Position numbers and translations under genes: made by a program. A stretch of 64,000 nucleotides of DNA from Spizellomyces punctatus DAOM BR117 (taxonomy: Eukaryota). Below are positions 11,233-23,676 of the stretch, piece by piece. Positions within the stretch are counted from its first letter, which is position 1. The number at the start of each line of letters is the position of its first letter. The notes below the pieces were generated by a model. It was not told where the DNA came from and made no database searches. It worked only from the letters and a program-made list of their open reading frames with translations. Location: NCBI GenBank assembly GCA_000182565.2, contig KQ257457.1; one strand, written 5' to 3'.

Positions 11233-14083
11233 ATGCTCGTCACCAGCACTTTCGCGGCTCTCGTTACCGCTGCGGTGGTCGCTGCTCAGACAACGACGAA
11301 TGCCCGGGTAGATCTATTGACGAATGTCAGGCCGGAGCTTGGTTTTGCTGCTTACACACCCGAGGATAAAGTGCTTGTGGCCCAACAGGCACAGGAATTG
11401 TTGAGCATTTATGTCAATCAAGAGTCGAAGATCCAGCAGTGTTAGTGAGATTGCAAGTCTGGAGCATTTGAATAGAGGTACTGAATTGCTTGTTAGACGG
11501 TGTCGACGCCCAAGCTGGCATTGCGGCGATCGTCCCCACGGTTGGAAATATGACGGATAAAGAATTTCACTACACGTTGGCCAAGCATTTCCTTTCTCTT
11601 CGCGACTTCCACACAAAGTAAGAACAGATCTTGCAAATCTCACATTGCCAACCTTGGACACTCACATTTCTCCGTGCTATAGCTACTACATTCCGGGTCA
11701 GCATAGCTGCTTCAGTTTTATGACACCTTACTTGTTTGACTTTGTTCAGAGCAACGACATCGTAAATGAGCCCACGGTAGCCGTTCGGTTCGTCGCTCAG
11801 GATGCTACGTTCCGAAAACTGGTGCCCAAGGATGCGTTGGACGTCAAGCCAGGAGATCTACTTGTATCCGTCAATGGGAAAACCTTCAGGGAGCACTGGG
11901 TGCAGACGCAAAATATGACTGGTGGCGCAAACCAATTTGGAGGTTACAGGGCTGCCCTGAGGTTGTTGACCTCTATGTCTGGAGGGACGCATCCTGTGCC
12001 CGAGAGCGATCAGGTTAATTTCGTGTTTAAGCAAGCGAATGGTTCGCTGTACAATGTCACAGTGCCGTATATTGCTGTGGCAGATCGCGACTGCTTGGCA
12101 GATGCTCCGGGAGGTGGTTCGGGAGGTGGTCCGAAAGGTGGTACTTCCTTTGCGCCTCCTCCAACACGACCATCAAAACGACCAAAGTTCAATCCAAAAC
12201 TACCCCTTGCTATTATGCCTGGTAAGTCTGTTCAAAATGTTGCGTGTCCATCTCAACTGTACACGGATGATCCCATAGCTTCTCACCCACAGACCTGGGC
12301 GACAATGAGATTGCCGGAATAGTGTTTCCCGACGATTACGCAAACTACAATCTAAGAGCCACGGCCTCAGGGATTGTGAAGTGGACCATTTACAACAACA
12401 ACAATGCCAACCTCGGTTTCATCCGTCTTGCGTCGTTCACCGAGGTCGATGTAGAACCCAAGGTAGCTGTCAACGCAATTCGGGATTTGTTGGTGAATGA
12501 GCTCAAGGATACCGCAGGTCTGGTCATAGACGTTCGCGGTAACGGTGGAGGGTTAGTCTCTCGTCTTTTGCATATCGATTTTACATCTGGTTCCTTATGT
12601 ACGGATCATAGGTACATTGTCACGGCCGACACGATCCCCCAATTCTTCGTGGCCGACTACGAACCAACTACCGCTCGCGCGCTGATCTCTGATAACAACG
12701 AGCAGATCTTTGTCGAAAAGGGTGCAGAAGGACAGGACTGGAAAGCTACGTATCTTACCGCCAACCCTGGGGACAAGTACACTGGCACTGTTTCTTTCAC
12801 GTCCAAGGAGACCGCCAACAAGATAGGACAATTGTACCTGAAACCCGTGGCTGTCTTCAACAATGCCAAGTGCTACTCCGCCTGTGATATGTTCAGTGCA
12901 GGCATGCAGGACCATGAAGCCGCTCTTATTATCGGTGAGGATGCCACGACTGGCGCTGGTGGTGCCAATGTCATTGAACACCGATCATATCTGGAGGAGG
13001 TACTTCCGGAGGTGTATTTGCCCCTCCCCTACCAAAAACCGGGCGAACCTCTTCGTTACGGTGCCCCTGACATGCGTATCGCCTGGAGACAGAGCGTCCG
13101 TGTCAAGAAGAATGCTGGAAAGTTGATCGAAGACATAGGAATTATCAGCGATACTGTGGTCCGTCCGGTACCAAGTGACTTTGCTGAGGCAGAAAAGGGC
13201 GTGTTGACGCAGTTGGATGTTATTGCACAAAAGCTGCAACAGTATGGAGCAGCTACTGGAAAGAGAGGACTTTACTGTAGGTTCACCTGCTGCTCGTTTT
13301 TTTCTATCATTTTGGTGGCACGTCCTAACCTTCGACGTAGTCCAATCACCTCTCAATGCACAACGACTCACCCCCGCCAGCCAACTCCGTTTCAGGTACG
13401 ACTCCCAATACATCAGATACCTCGAACTTCGTAATGCCACCGACGTAGTGGTTGGCACGTCCGTTCCATACCCCTTCTCCGTCCGCAGCACCGGTTACCT
13501 CAATGATACACAGACTGCAACAGCACTCGGCAATTTCAAGTACACCATTGTCGGTTATGGTAACGACAATAACCAGGTCCTGAAAACCAACCGTGTCCTC
13601 AGTGTCGTCCCCGACGCGTCGCAGTTCTTGAATATCACAACGGGAACAAATTACACCTACAGGACCAGTGAGTCTCTGGCATTTAGCGGTGTATACAACA
13701 CGGACACGGCCCCCGAGAATGGGTGGATTGTTCAAAACAACACTATTACGGTCGGCAATGGGGTACAGTACGCTGATGATGTTGAGACTCTTTTCACAAT
13801 CTTCACAAATATTGCAACGGGCACCAACGCGACGTTGACGACTAGCTACAGTTGCCAAACCGAAACTGGATCCGATTACTTGACTGTGTTTGCCAGAGCA
13901 GTTGATGCCAATGGTGGCGGTGAGGAGAAAGAGCTTTTGAAAGTGTCTGGCGCTGATAACCAGGCGAAGACCGTCTCGTTGGCGGGATTGACTGGCAATG
14001 TCGAGATTGGGTTCAGGTTCAGTTCCGACAGTGGAAGGAGTGACCTGGGTGTTACCGTCCAAACTATTTCTATCGCAGCTTGA
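11233..14083 (+). CDS. Secreted peptidase family S41 (CPAF/tail-specific protease-like) with a PDZ-like region and a C-terminal beta-rich domain; multi-exon
   Basis: Signal peptide MLVTSTFAALVTAAVVAAQ. Motifs VKPGDLLVSVNG, GFIRLASF, GLVIDVRGNGGG, CYSACDMFSAGMQD (catalytic Ser), TGAGGAN and IEDIGIISD. Several GT-AG introns link ORFs 11218, 11645, 12322 and 13217. Confidence 0.88.
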
Positions 14084-14195
14084 ATGCTGATTCGAAAAAG
14101 ATTTGCCTTATGCCGACTCGTTGAAGCCATCATTGCTGGGGACATTAGGATTTGAACTATAATCATAATTGTTAGGCGATAAATCACATAATATA

Positions 14196-14260
14196 TAGAA
14201 CCTAGAATATAGAACTAGAATATAGAACTAGAATGTAGAACCTAGAAATTAGAATATAGA
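14196..14260. repeat. Degenerate TAGAA(N1-2) minisatellite, about 9-10 units
   Basis: tagaacc tagaata tagaac tagaata tagaac tagaatg tagaacc tagaaat tagaata. Confidence 0.8.
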
Positions 14261-14542
14261 GGCGTTGATCGCTATGCGTAGTATGGACCTTAATGCTTCT
14301 ATGATATACCATACATTCTGTAACAGAATAGAATAACTGCGTGATCGCAAGACAAGAGCTTGCAAAGGAAAAAAGGAATAAACAAATAGTGTTCCTTATC
14401 GCTCTCCGTTCCATGATCATGATCGCGTCTTCCATGACTCATCCGTGTCCGCGCATTTCAAAACCTGGGGCATGTATTTAGCAGTTGCTCGACGACCATC
14501 CCATCTCAGTTGAGTCTCCAAGTCCTCTTTATTTTGTTGATC

Positions 14543-17500
14543 ATGTCGGTGCCAGGCGGATATCGCCAGGTTGTGGACGACGATGTAAGTTGTTCTTCAA
14601 AATGATCGGATATGTAATGTCAAGAGGCTCACCTTGGCAACACCTACAGGCAGACCTCGAGTCCCTGGGGGATGTAAGCCATTTTCCACCGTAGCATTAC
14701 TTGAATGTTTCTCGCGTGTAACACCTTCTGGATAACAGGACGACGCTTACACCCAACCACATACCTTTCGGGAACGTATTTCCTACTGTTGGCGCCACAT
14801 TGTAGACTGGGTTGGCGGAAAGCGAGCGGCCATCGCTCACTGCGCGGGCGTTACCATTGCTATCCTCACCGTCGCTCTTGTCTGGCGGTTTGTCATCTCT
14901 GGACCTGATTCACCTGTTCCTGCACCCGGTGTACCCGCGAAGTGGGATGTAAGACTTCCGGATTGGATTGTCCCAGAGCATTATGATTTGGATCTATCGG
15001 AAGTGGATTTTGAAAAGTTGGAATTTGGTGGGTCAGTGGATATAACTTTGGATGTGCGCAGCGCTACGAACTTTGTTGTGGTACATAGCAAAGATTTGGA
15101 TGTCGATGGTAAAACTGCTCGATTCGTTGGACCCGATGTGGATCTCGTCCCTGCGGCGGAGCCTCGACCGGAGAGGCAGTACACGGTATATTGGTTAGAA
15201 AGACCTGTCTCAGCGGGGAAATATAAGCTCCACTTGCAGTTTAGAGGAAAGTTGACAGATAGTTTGAGAGGATTTTACTACAGCGTGTATCGCGGGGAAA
15301 ATGGCAAAAAGAAGTTTATCGGTACTACACAGTTTGAGGCTACAGATGCTCGGAGGGCTTTTCCGGTAAGATTCGGGAGATTCCACTGAGCATACGCATT
15401 ATCCCCTTTTTGCTCATCTGTCTCATTTAAATCTAGTGCCTTGACGAACCATCTAAAAAGGCAACCTTCCAAATCAATGTAACGGTACCTGACGGTTACC
15501 ACGCTCTTAGCAACATGCCTCATTTGTCCGTTGTCAAAACAACCACCGGGCAGCGTCGTTTTGTCTTTGACACAACCAAACGGATGTCGACCTACCTCAT
15601 CGCTTTCATTGTCTCCGATTTCGAATCAATAACATCACATACATCCCGCGGCGTAGCCGTTTCCGTCTGGACACCGCCATCCAAAACGCATCTCGGAGAA
15701 TACGGCTTAAAGGTTGCTACAAAGATTCTGGACTATTATGAAGGACGCTATGGAGTCAATTACCCGCTTCCAAAGATGGATTTGATTGCAATTCCGGATT
15801 TTGCTGCTGGAGCGATGGAAAATTGGGGCTTGGTTACGTATAGAGATACTGCCTTGCTATATGATGAAAAAAGTTCATCGGAAAGCAATAAGCAGCGGGT
15901 TGCCGAAGTCATTGCACATGAACTTGCTCATCAATGGTTTGGAAATCTTGGTGGGTATGCTCGTGATTTCGTTAGGAGGATTGAGCAAGAGAAATGGCGT
16001 CATACTGAACCTATCCAATGTTTTAGTTACAATGGACTGGTGGAATGACCTCTGGCTCAACGAAGGCTTTGCTGAATTCATGGAATACAAGGGTACCAAT
16101 GCCGCGGAATCGACGTGGCGAATGGACGACCAATTCGTCCCTGCAGACCTGCTCCGTGCCCTGGAAGCCGACGCATCACAGTTTACGCACCCTATCGCTG
16201 TGCAAGTCCACGATCCCAATGAGATTCAAGAGATTTTTGATGATATTTCTTACGGGAAGGGATCCTCGATTTTGCGAATGCTTCAAGCCTGGTTGGATGA
16301 CGCTCTTGGAAGTGACACATTCTTCAAAAGGATACACGCCTATCTGGAAGCGCACGCTTATCAGAATGCGAAAACGCTTGAATTATGGCAAGCTCTGTCG
16401 GATTCGCATGTAGATGTGGGGGCATTGATGAGTACTTGGACGGATCAACCAGGATTTCCTGTCGTCCGTGTTTTGGATGAAACCACCCCTGGGCAGTTGG
16501 TTGTCGAACAGGAGAGGATGTACCTTGCAGCGCTGTCCAAAGATTCCGATGAGCATGCAGAAAAACAGAAATGGCAGATCCCCTTGACGTATTCCGTGTA
16601 TACATCCGGAAAGAAGCCCGAAATCTCCCGTGCAACCCACATCGTCAAAGAGTTGGGCCACGTTCAGATTCCCACCAAGAGCACATCGCCGAATGGTGTC
16701 CCGCTTTTGAATGTAGGGCGTACTGGCGTGTATAGGGTTCAATATCCTACATGGGTTTATAAGAAATTTGCAGAGCTGTTGGGAAAAGATCTAAACGTTT
16801 TGGAACCAGTTGACAGGGCGGGCTTGATTGAGTGAGTAGTTGTCTTGTGATGCTGATACCGGTGTACCTGATACTGATCCACATCATTCAGTGATGCTTT
16901 CGCGATGCTTTTGTCTGGCCGGGAATCTGATGCGACCATTGCACTTAACCTCACTCGCCTCTTAACAACTGAAACTGACCCCATCGTATGGCAAACTCTT
17001 CTCCGAGATCTCAGGACTTTGGAATCATATCTCGTCTTCCATCCTGGCTATGGCAAGCTCCTTTCCTACGAACTCAAGCTCTTGCACCAAATAATCCAAA
17101 AAGTTGACTGGGAGGACGACGAATCAAAAGCGAATCAAGGCCATTTGATGGCATTGTTGCGAAGCGAGGTGTTGGGTAAAGCCGTCTTTTTGGGAGATTT
17201 GGATACCGTTGAAGAAGCGTTATGGTATTTTGCAAAATTGAAAAATGGGACCTCCGTGGAGTTGACTCCGGATGTGTTGGGCGTCGTTTATGATGCTGGG
17301 GTCATTTGGGGAAGTGAAGGTATGTGATGAGCACGCGACTAGTCGGGCCGTGATAGTCTTCTCACTACTGACTGTTGGTGATGGAATAGCGGACTATGAG
17401 TGGGTGTATAAGTCATACTTGTCTGCTACATCTGCCCAAGAGGAACAGAGGCTGCTGCACGCACTGGCGTCGGCTCGCCAGCCGTACCTCCAACTACGTA

Positions 17501-17951
17501 CTCTGACGCTGGCGCTCTCTGCGCACGTCCGGAAGCAAGACTTGCATAGGTGTGTCCGTTGTTTCCTTTATAATGATGCTTGTGATTCATCATGCTAACG
17601 GGTTCAATGCACAGACTCATAGCTCAAGTCTCTGAGCAAAGCCCGGCAGGATATCTGATCACTTGGAACTTTATCCGGGACAACTGGGATGCACTTCTCG
17701 CCGTTGAGTCCTCATCAGGGGATTACACCCGTCTCAACAATCTTGTTGGAACTATTGTTGGGAAATTTGCTCAAAAGTCTCTGGTAGAGGATGCTGAGCG
17801 ATTGTTCGTCAGAAGAGAGGGAGACATTTTTGTTCCTCCTCGGATTGATATTCCTGTCAGCAAGGGACTGGAGAAGGCCAGGCAGCGGGTGCGGTGGGTG
17901 GAGGTCTACGGCGACAAAGTTGGGGCATGGTTGGCTGGCGAAGTGGAGTAG
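14543..17951 (+). CDS. M1-family zinc aminopeptidase (aminopeptidase N/Ape2-like), probably type II membrane-anchored; multi-exon
   Basis: RLP.WIVPEHYDL, TQFEATDARRAFP, GAMENWGL, HELAHQWFGNL|VTMDWWNDLWLNEGFAE, EIFDDISYGKG and WTDQPGFP. Hydrophobic segment near 14826-14890. ERAP1_C-like tail. Confidence 0.93.
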
Positions 17952-18029
17952 AAAGAACAAGCGTAGATAGATGGACAATGTAACATGATTTAACCCTTAT
18001 TCTATTTACAAGACATGTTGCGCATAGGA

Positions 18030-18683
18030 TCAGCTGACTGTTCCGTTGAGAATACTCTTGACCCTTACAAAGCCCTTATCCGTCTGTAGCGGGACGCCCT
18101 TGTACGTTGCTACACCCTCCCCATTTGTGCCCAAATGTGGTTGACAGGCTTCAAAAACCTTACGTTTGGGATTCAAGACCGTGTCTATGGGACCTTGTGG
18201 AAATCCTTGTGCATAGACCTTGTCGCCAGGCAGACTTGTAGAAGGCGGCTCGAGCACTTCGACCAATGTCGTATTGAAAGCTGCCAACAGCATCCCTTCT
18301 GATCGAATGCCGCGCAGCTTGGCTGGTTTCATGTTACACACCACGACCACATGTTTATTCTAATAACCGCGCGGTATTATAAACAAAAAGCCGCGTATTC
18401 AAATCATCCAAAGGCATACCTCTAGATCCTCCACAGCATAAAATCGCTTTAGACCACTTACAATCGTCCTCTCCTTATCCCCTGTATCGATCGTCTCGAC
18501 ATACAGCGCATCTGCGGAAGGATGTGAGGCGACGGAAAGGATTTTACCTACGCGCAGGTCCAGGCGATGAAATTGATCTTCTGCAGGTGTGGATGGGGGA
18601 GGAGGCGTTGAAAAATGTCTAGTGCGCGGGAGAGTATTGCGGGAAATATGTGTGCAGACATGTCTTGCACGCTGTAGGATCAT
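18030..18683 (-). CDS. Stand-alone EMAP II/Arc1p-type OB-fold tRNA-binding domain protein with a probable mitochondrial presequence (intron 18360-18419)
   Basis: LDLRVGKILSVASHPSADALYVETIDTG..RTIVSGL|NKHVVVVCNMKPAKLRGIRSEGMLLAA...LNPKRKVFE. The N-terminus is Arg-rich and acid-free, ending RHFST. Confidence 0.88.
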
Positions 18684-19111
18684 GATGGGGGTGGTTAATG
18701 TACTTGGACTTGCAGGGATATGAAGGATTGATCTGTTCGATCAAAGTCCTTTGCCCAAAATCGCACTCAAAATGACACCCGAGAAGAAGGTGCATCATGT
18801 GACATCCAACTCAACCGCTTAGGTAATGATCTAGTTCTTTCAACTAATGTTTGTTTTAGCCCGTAAATATTAAGATTAACGAAAATACAATATACAAGTT
18901 GAAGGAAAGATTCTACGGCAATTGGATGCAAGGCTGTATACAGATAGGATGGGGCTATACGATTACAATTCCTGGATGCAGAACATTTGACGATGGGAAT
19001 GAAGGAATGAGTCTAGTGAAGATGCATCATGTTCCCTGACGATGCGAAACATGCGCAAACGATATCGAGAACTTTGTGGGTGCAGAAGTAAGAACGGATC
19101 TCGACGTCTTG

Positions 19112-19596
19112 TCATCGCTTCATCTCTTTCAGCTAGAAACGCAAAATGCAACCATATGATTGCCTTAGTAAGACCAGCAGATCCGCCAAGGAGGGTCCGA
19201 GACGAACCTTTTTCATGATTTCCTTCTCCTTGGCAGTGTTTGCTCTCCTCTTGAAATACTTCAAATTGTTCGCCACCTTTTCTGAACCATCGTCCTCCTC
19301 TTCTAATTGAACTCTGTGACGTAAATCCTCCTTTCTCTTCTTCTCGTCAAGTTCTCGCCGCTTCGCTTCTCGCTTTAGTCTCTCATTCTTCCGAAAGTTT
19401 TCTTTATTGAGGACTGGTTTTTTGATACGCTTTGAGGAATCGCTGATACCTGTGTCAGGCGTACTTCGTTTTGGTTTTTGCGAGGTTTGTTTGAGCAGTA
19501 TATCCTGCCATAGTAAGTGGTGTTAGAGGAATGTGTGCAACAAAACTTACAAAACAGCCTCCATACCAAGGCTTTTCTTGTCAGTTTTTGTGACAT
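19112..19596 (-). CDS. Small basic protein, AROS/RPS19BP1-like (3 exons; not recovered by the ORF track)
   Basis: Spliced translation MSQKLTRKAL|DILLKQTSQKPKRSTPDTGISDSSKRIKKPVLNKENFRKNERLKREAKRRELDEKKRKEDLRHRVQLEEEDDGSEKVANNLKYFKRRANTAKEKEIMKK|LKEMKR*. GT-AG introns at ~19504-19566 and ~19133-19207. Confidence 0.65.
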
Positions 19597-19916
19597 TTGG
19601 GCCAAGTTCTAGAGTGACCTATCGGTAGTGTGTACTAATGTAAATCGTGGAAGCTCGTCTCAGTTGTTCTGTTGTTCTATTAGCCGATCTGTGGTAAGTC
19701 GCAGGAAGTAGAAGATGTCGACAATGCTTTACTTCTACTGTGCTCGACATTTGGACGCTTTCGCCCAAGGCCATACCGTAACCATAGCAACCACGAGGCA
19801 TCCGAACCTCAACCGAGCATGGAAAGCCTCTGCAAAGCTCCTCGCATATAACATTCACGATAAGCAGCATATCGACAGCGTCATTTCAGCAAGGCAAAAT
19901 GCTTTGATAGAAGCCG

Positions 19917-20058
19917 AAAAAAAAAAGTGGGGAAGCTCGGTCACTAGAGACCATTACAAATCGAAGATTTGACTTAAGGAAGCGACCGACGGAGCCCACT
20001 TCTGCGGTATCGAACCCATGGCCAACTGAGGGGCTGACCACTGCGACACAACACCACA
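19917..20058 (-). ncRNA. Putative Pol III structured small RNA, copy 1
   Basis: A-box TGTCGCAGTGG, B-box GGTTCGATACC, 3' stem GTGGG..TCGGTCGC/GTGACCGA..CCCAC, T10 terminator. Confidence 0.6.
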
Positions 20059-20195
20059 CGATTTGAGCTGCAAACAAACAAATGTCAACGTTGAGTAGGT
20101 CCATCTAATGGCTGTTTTGCTCGAAGGCAGAGACAACACTGGCTCACGAGCAGATTCGCGATGGGCCATCACTCCTGGCACTAGTAAGTTTGGCC

Positions 20196-20333
20196 AAAAA
20201 GTGGGAAAGCTCGGTCCCTGTGCTGACCTAATCTGAGGATTTGATAAGAAGGAAGCGACCGACGGAGCCCACTGATGCGGGTGTCGAACCCATGGCCAAC
20301 TGAGGGGCTGACCACTGCGACACAACACCACCC
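20196..20333 (-). ncRNA. Putative Pol III structured small RNA, copy 2
   Basis: A-box TGTCGCAGTGG, B-box GGTTCGACACC, 3' stem GTGGG..TCGGTC/GACCGA..CCCAC, T5 terminator. Confidence 0.6.
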
Positions 20334-20504
20334 AAATTGAAGCTACAAACATTAACCTATTAACGTTTAATCATCCATGTGTCATCCAATAGCAGTTTTC
20401 CTCTAGCTATCGTTAAAAGAAACCTTGAACGCAGAGACAACATTGGATGAGTGGCTCATGAGCGGATGTGCATAGGTCACTCACGCCTGGCAGTAGCCTT
20501 GCCC

Positions 20505-20630
20505 AAAAAGTGGGTGAGTTCAATCACTCAGAGTCAATCGTGAGTGAAGGAAGCGACTGACGGGGCCCACTCGGATTCGAACGCGTGATCAATCGCCTGG
20601 TAAACGCAACTGACCACTACGACACGAGTC
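20505..20630 (-). ncRNA. Putative Pol III structured small RNA, copy 3 (divergent)
   Basis: A-box TGTCGTAGTGG, B-box GTTCGAATCC, 3' stem GTGGG..TCAGTCGC/GTGATTGA..CCCAC, T5 terminator. Confidence 0.55.
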
Positions 20631-21443
20631 ACTGATATAATTTTTCTTATTGCGAGCATATTATGCGCATATTCCTCGGCCCATGCAGGCTATTGTTCTT
20701 CTCACGACGACAGCCCGCAAGGAGGACTACCGGTATGCGAAAGTTATCCGATTGAATACTAAAGAATTCAAAGGCTGGATGCTGAGCACTTACAATCTCT
20801 TCAGACTTTCAACTGGCGGGATGCATTGCAATTCTGGGGATGAACGATGAAGAGAGTCGATTCCAATAGCGCAGAATGCAGCTGGCCATGTCTTTATGCA
20901 ATTCCCTTGCGGCCATCCACATACCTGCAGCCACACCCACAAAAAACAACTGCAAAACGAAAGGCAAACGCCCAAAGAAACAAGTATCTGCAAAGTGTTC
21001 AATATGATGTAAGCGATCAGACATGGGTGATACAGATGAGTCATTATTTCCCAGACAACCCACAACACATCAACCGACCGGAAAGCCCGCACATTTCCAT
21101 TAATGGTGACGGCTGTCCAAATTGGCACATTTTGACCACTTTTTCCATCTTACTTTTTCGAACGCTCCTTGCACGCTTCCCGACTCACTAAAGGACACAA
21201 GTAGAGAGCACACCACAAGTTATTGTCATTCAAGAAGACTCGTTTCGCTTTCTATCGCTGACGGAATTGGCACTCGGTAAACGTGAAAAGCCGTTCGCCC
21301 ATCCTTGCCGAAAAAAGGACAAACTGCTGCATATCCTATCACCTCTCCCGCATGCAGCGGGCATGTTGCCGCGTCTGTCGCTATTCGATTAGGGGTGCTG
21401 TCTTCACATATTCACCGAGAGTTTGGAAGACTTTACCAAAGAC

Positions 21444-23605
21444 ATGTCTTTCAAACTCAACTGGCCGACATTTTCGGCAGAGTTTATGGAGAAGGCACAG
21501 CAGCAACTGACAATTGCGCTGAACAAGGGGGAGAAGCCTTCCAACATTGTGGGAAAAATAGAGGTCAAAGAATTGAACATGGGAACAAAGGTACAATACG
21601 TTGTGCTGTCACTTCTCAATTATGGTTAACCTATATTGGGGTTTGTAGCCGCCAGACTTGGAAATTCTGGAAATTGGCGAACTGCAGGAAGAACGATTTC
21701 GTGGAATCTTTAAAATGGCTTATATTGGGGATGCTTACGTGGAGCTGCAAACCAAAGTGCAGGTTGGTACTATTATTGCGGCGGAAGTGCTTGTAGAAAG
21801 TAAAATGACTTTTGACGATCATCTAGGCAAACCCTCTTCGAACACCGACTACAACTCTCAAAATAAATAACAGAGGTGGCATTCTTGCTGCGAATTGGCC
21901 GCTAGTCGTACCGATGCGTCTTCGCATCAGTAACCTTGTGTTGCGGGGAATCATCGTATTGGTCGTCGACAAGCACAAGGGGGTGACGCTTGTATTTAAA
22001 AATGACCCCTTGGAAAAGGTCGATGTCAATTCGACTTTCGACAACATTCCAAACATTCGACGTTTCTTGCAGCTGCAGATCGAGACGCAGTTGAGAAAAA
22101 TGTTTCAGGAAGATCTACCGGCTCTGATACACAATCTATCCTTGGTTTATTTGCAACAAAAGAATGGCGGATCGACTAACAGTGGACATGCGTGGAATCC
22201 ATCGAATCAGTCGCCCGCGGAAAACACCCCGAAAGGGCACGTGGAGCACGACGAAATATCCTCCCTGGATAGCGGATATCACAGCGATGAAACTATGGTC
22301 GGAAAGCAACCTGAACCACGGACTCAGCGTGAAAAGTGGATTGGAAATGATCCGATAGATGATGACGAGGATGACGATGCTTGGGTTCATGGATACATTT
22401 TCTATCGCAATCTCAGTGCCTCATCGGGAGCCGCAGACTATGGACTTAAAAATCTCTCAGTTCCGAAACCACTGCTCAGTGACCGTGTTGTTTCACGCTC
22501 GCGGACAGTTGAACGGCCAAATTGGGAATCCATGTCCCATATTGCATTCTCCGATCCGGGACCATATTCTACACCACGCCGGAGATACTCCAACCTCTCC
22601 GATCATTCCCTTCATTCCGCAGGCTCTGTATCTAGTCTACGCCACCCTTACATGTCATACGAGTCTTTCTCCACACGGCCACGACTACCCCCTCGAGCGC
22701 CGAGCTCAGCATCCCTCGACGTCGATTTCGGTCGAGGCTGGACTGGCGACCATTACGATACCCGATCGCTCAAACCCTCTTTCTCTTCGCATTCAGAGAG
22801 CGATTCACGATGGCCCAGCACGGACCTCAATACGCAAGACGATCACAATTCCAATTCCCGCGGACCGGTACAGTTTCCCAGCCGTATTGTTCTGAAACCT
22901 ACGGACAATCCCCTCGCAGCGCATCTGGCTAACCTGATGAACTCAAATCACACCATATCACCGCATACTCAAAGTGAGGATATCGAACATCTAGCATTTC
23001 GTGCGCATCCTGGAAAGAACACAGCTAAGGAGAATGGACTGGTTCCTGCTGGTGGTCCTGGAAGTTCTCAGACTGCATCGAAACGCTCATGGCGAAGTCG
23101 CAATGTCATGAAAATCAAACTTCCTCCGGGGGTGGTTGTTCCCCAGGCGTTGATATCTCCTGGGCTCACTGAGAGGATGTTGGAAGCTGGCTTACACCCG
23201 CAAACTGGAGCGCCCTTATCTGAAGGTTGTCAGCGAGAGACGAGATGGAGGAAGGCAACATCAGTGAAGAGTGACGGGGCAGCTGAAGCTGACGAACGAC
23301 GACGCAATACAGGCATAGTACGAACCATGTCAACAGGTGGATTGTCTCGCATGGCTCTCGATAGCCAACAGCATCCCGGTCGGCGACCCTCTCACTCCTC
23401 ACAGCCCGTCCTTTCCCAGCCTCCATCTCAACGACCACCCTTACCGGGCGACGTCCGATTGAAGCATCGTCGCCCATCATCCCGAAGTACTGTTAGCGAG
23501 GACCGAGTATCAATTGATCGACATCGCGTCAGAGGCAGACGAGTGTCTTCGAGCGCGAGCCAGCATGAAGGAATAATACTCGAGGAACCTGGAAGCAGCT
23601 TTTGA
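21444..23605 (+). CDS. MDM34: ERMES complex subunit Mdm34 (SMP domain + long disordered tail; introns ~21590-21648, ~21763-21826)
   Basis: [11 protein letters not shown]...[44 protein letters not shown]...TKVQ|ANPL...[44 protein letters not shown]. Confidence 0.95.
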
Positions 23606-23676
23606 CGAGAAGGCTCTATGGGATTCAATAGTAGTTAGTTTGTAGTGACAGTCGACAAAAACCGCACAGGCTAATA

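Noticed and set aside
19715-20352. ORFs 19715..19972, 19886..20104 and 19954..20352
   Set aside because: They overlap the repeated ncRNA-like units and have no protein motifs.
19917-20630. Reading the three units as tRNA genes or a CRISPR array
   Set aside because: No anticodon arm or cloverleaf. Units are long and diverged with related spacers, the context is eukaryotic and there are no cas genes.
20650-21280. Short ORFs and splice-like signals between the ncRNA array and MDM34
   Set aside because: No consistent gene model or motif could be built.
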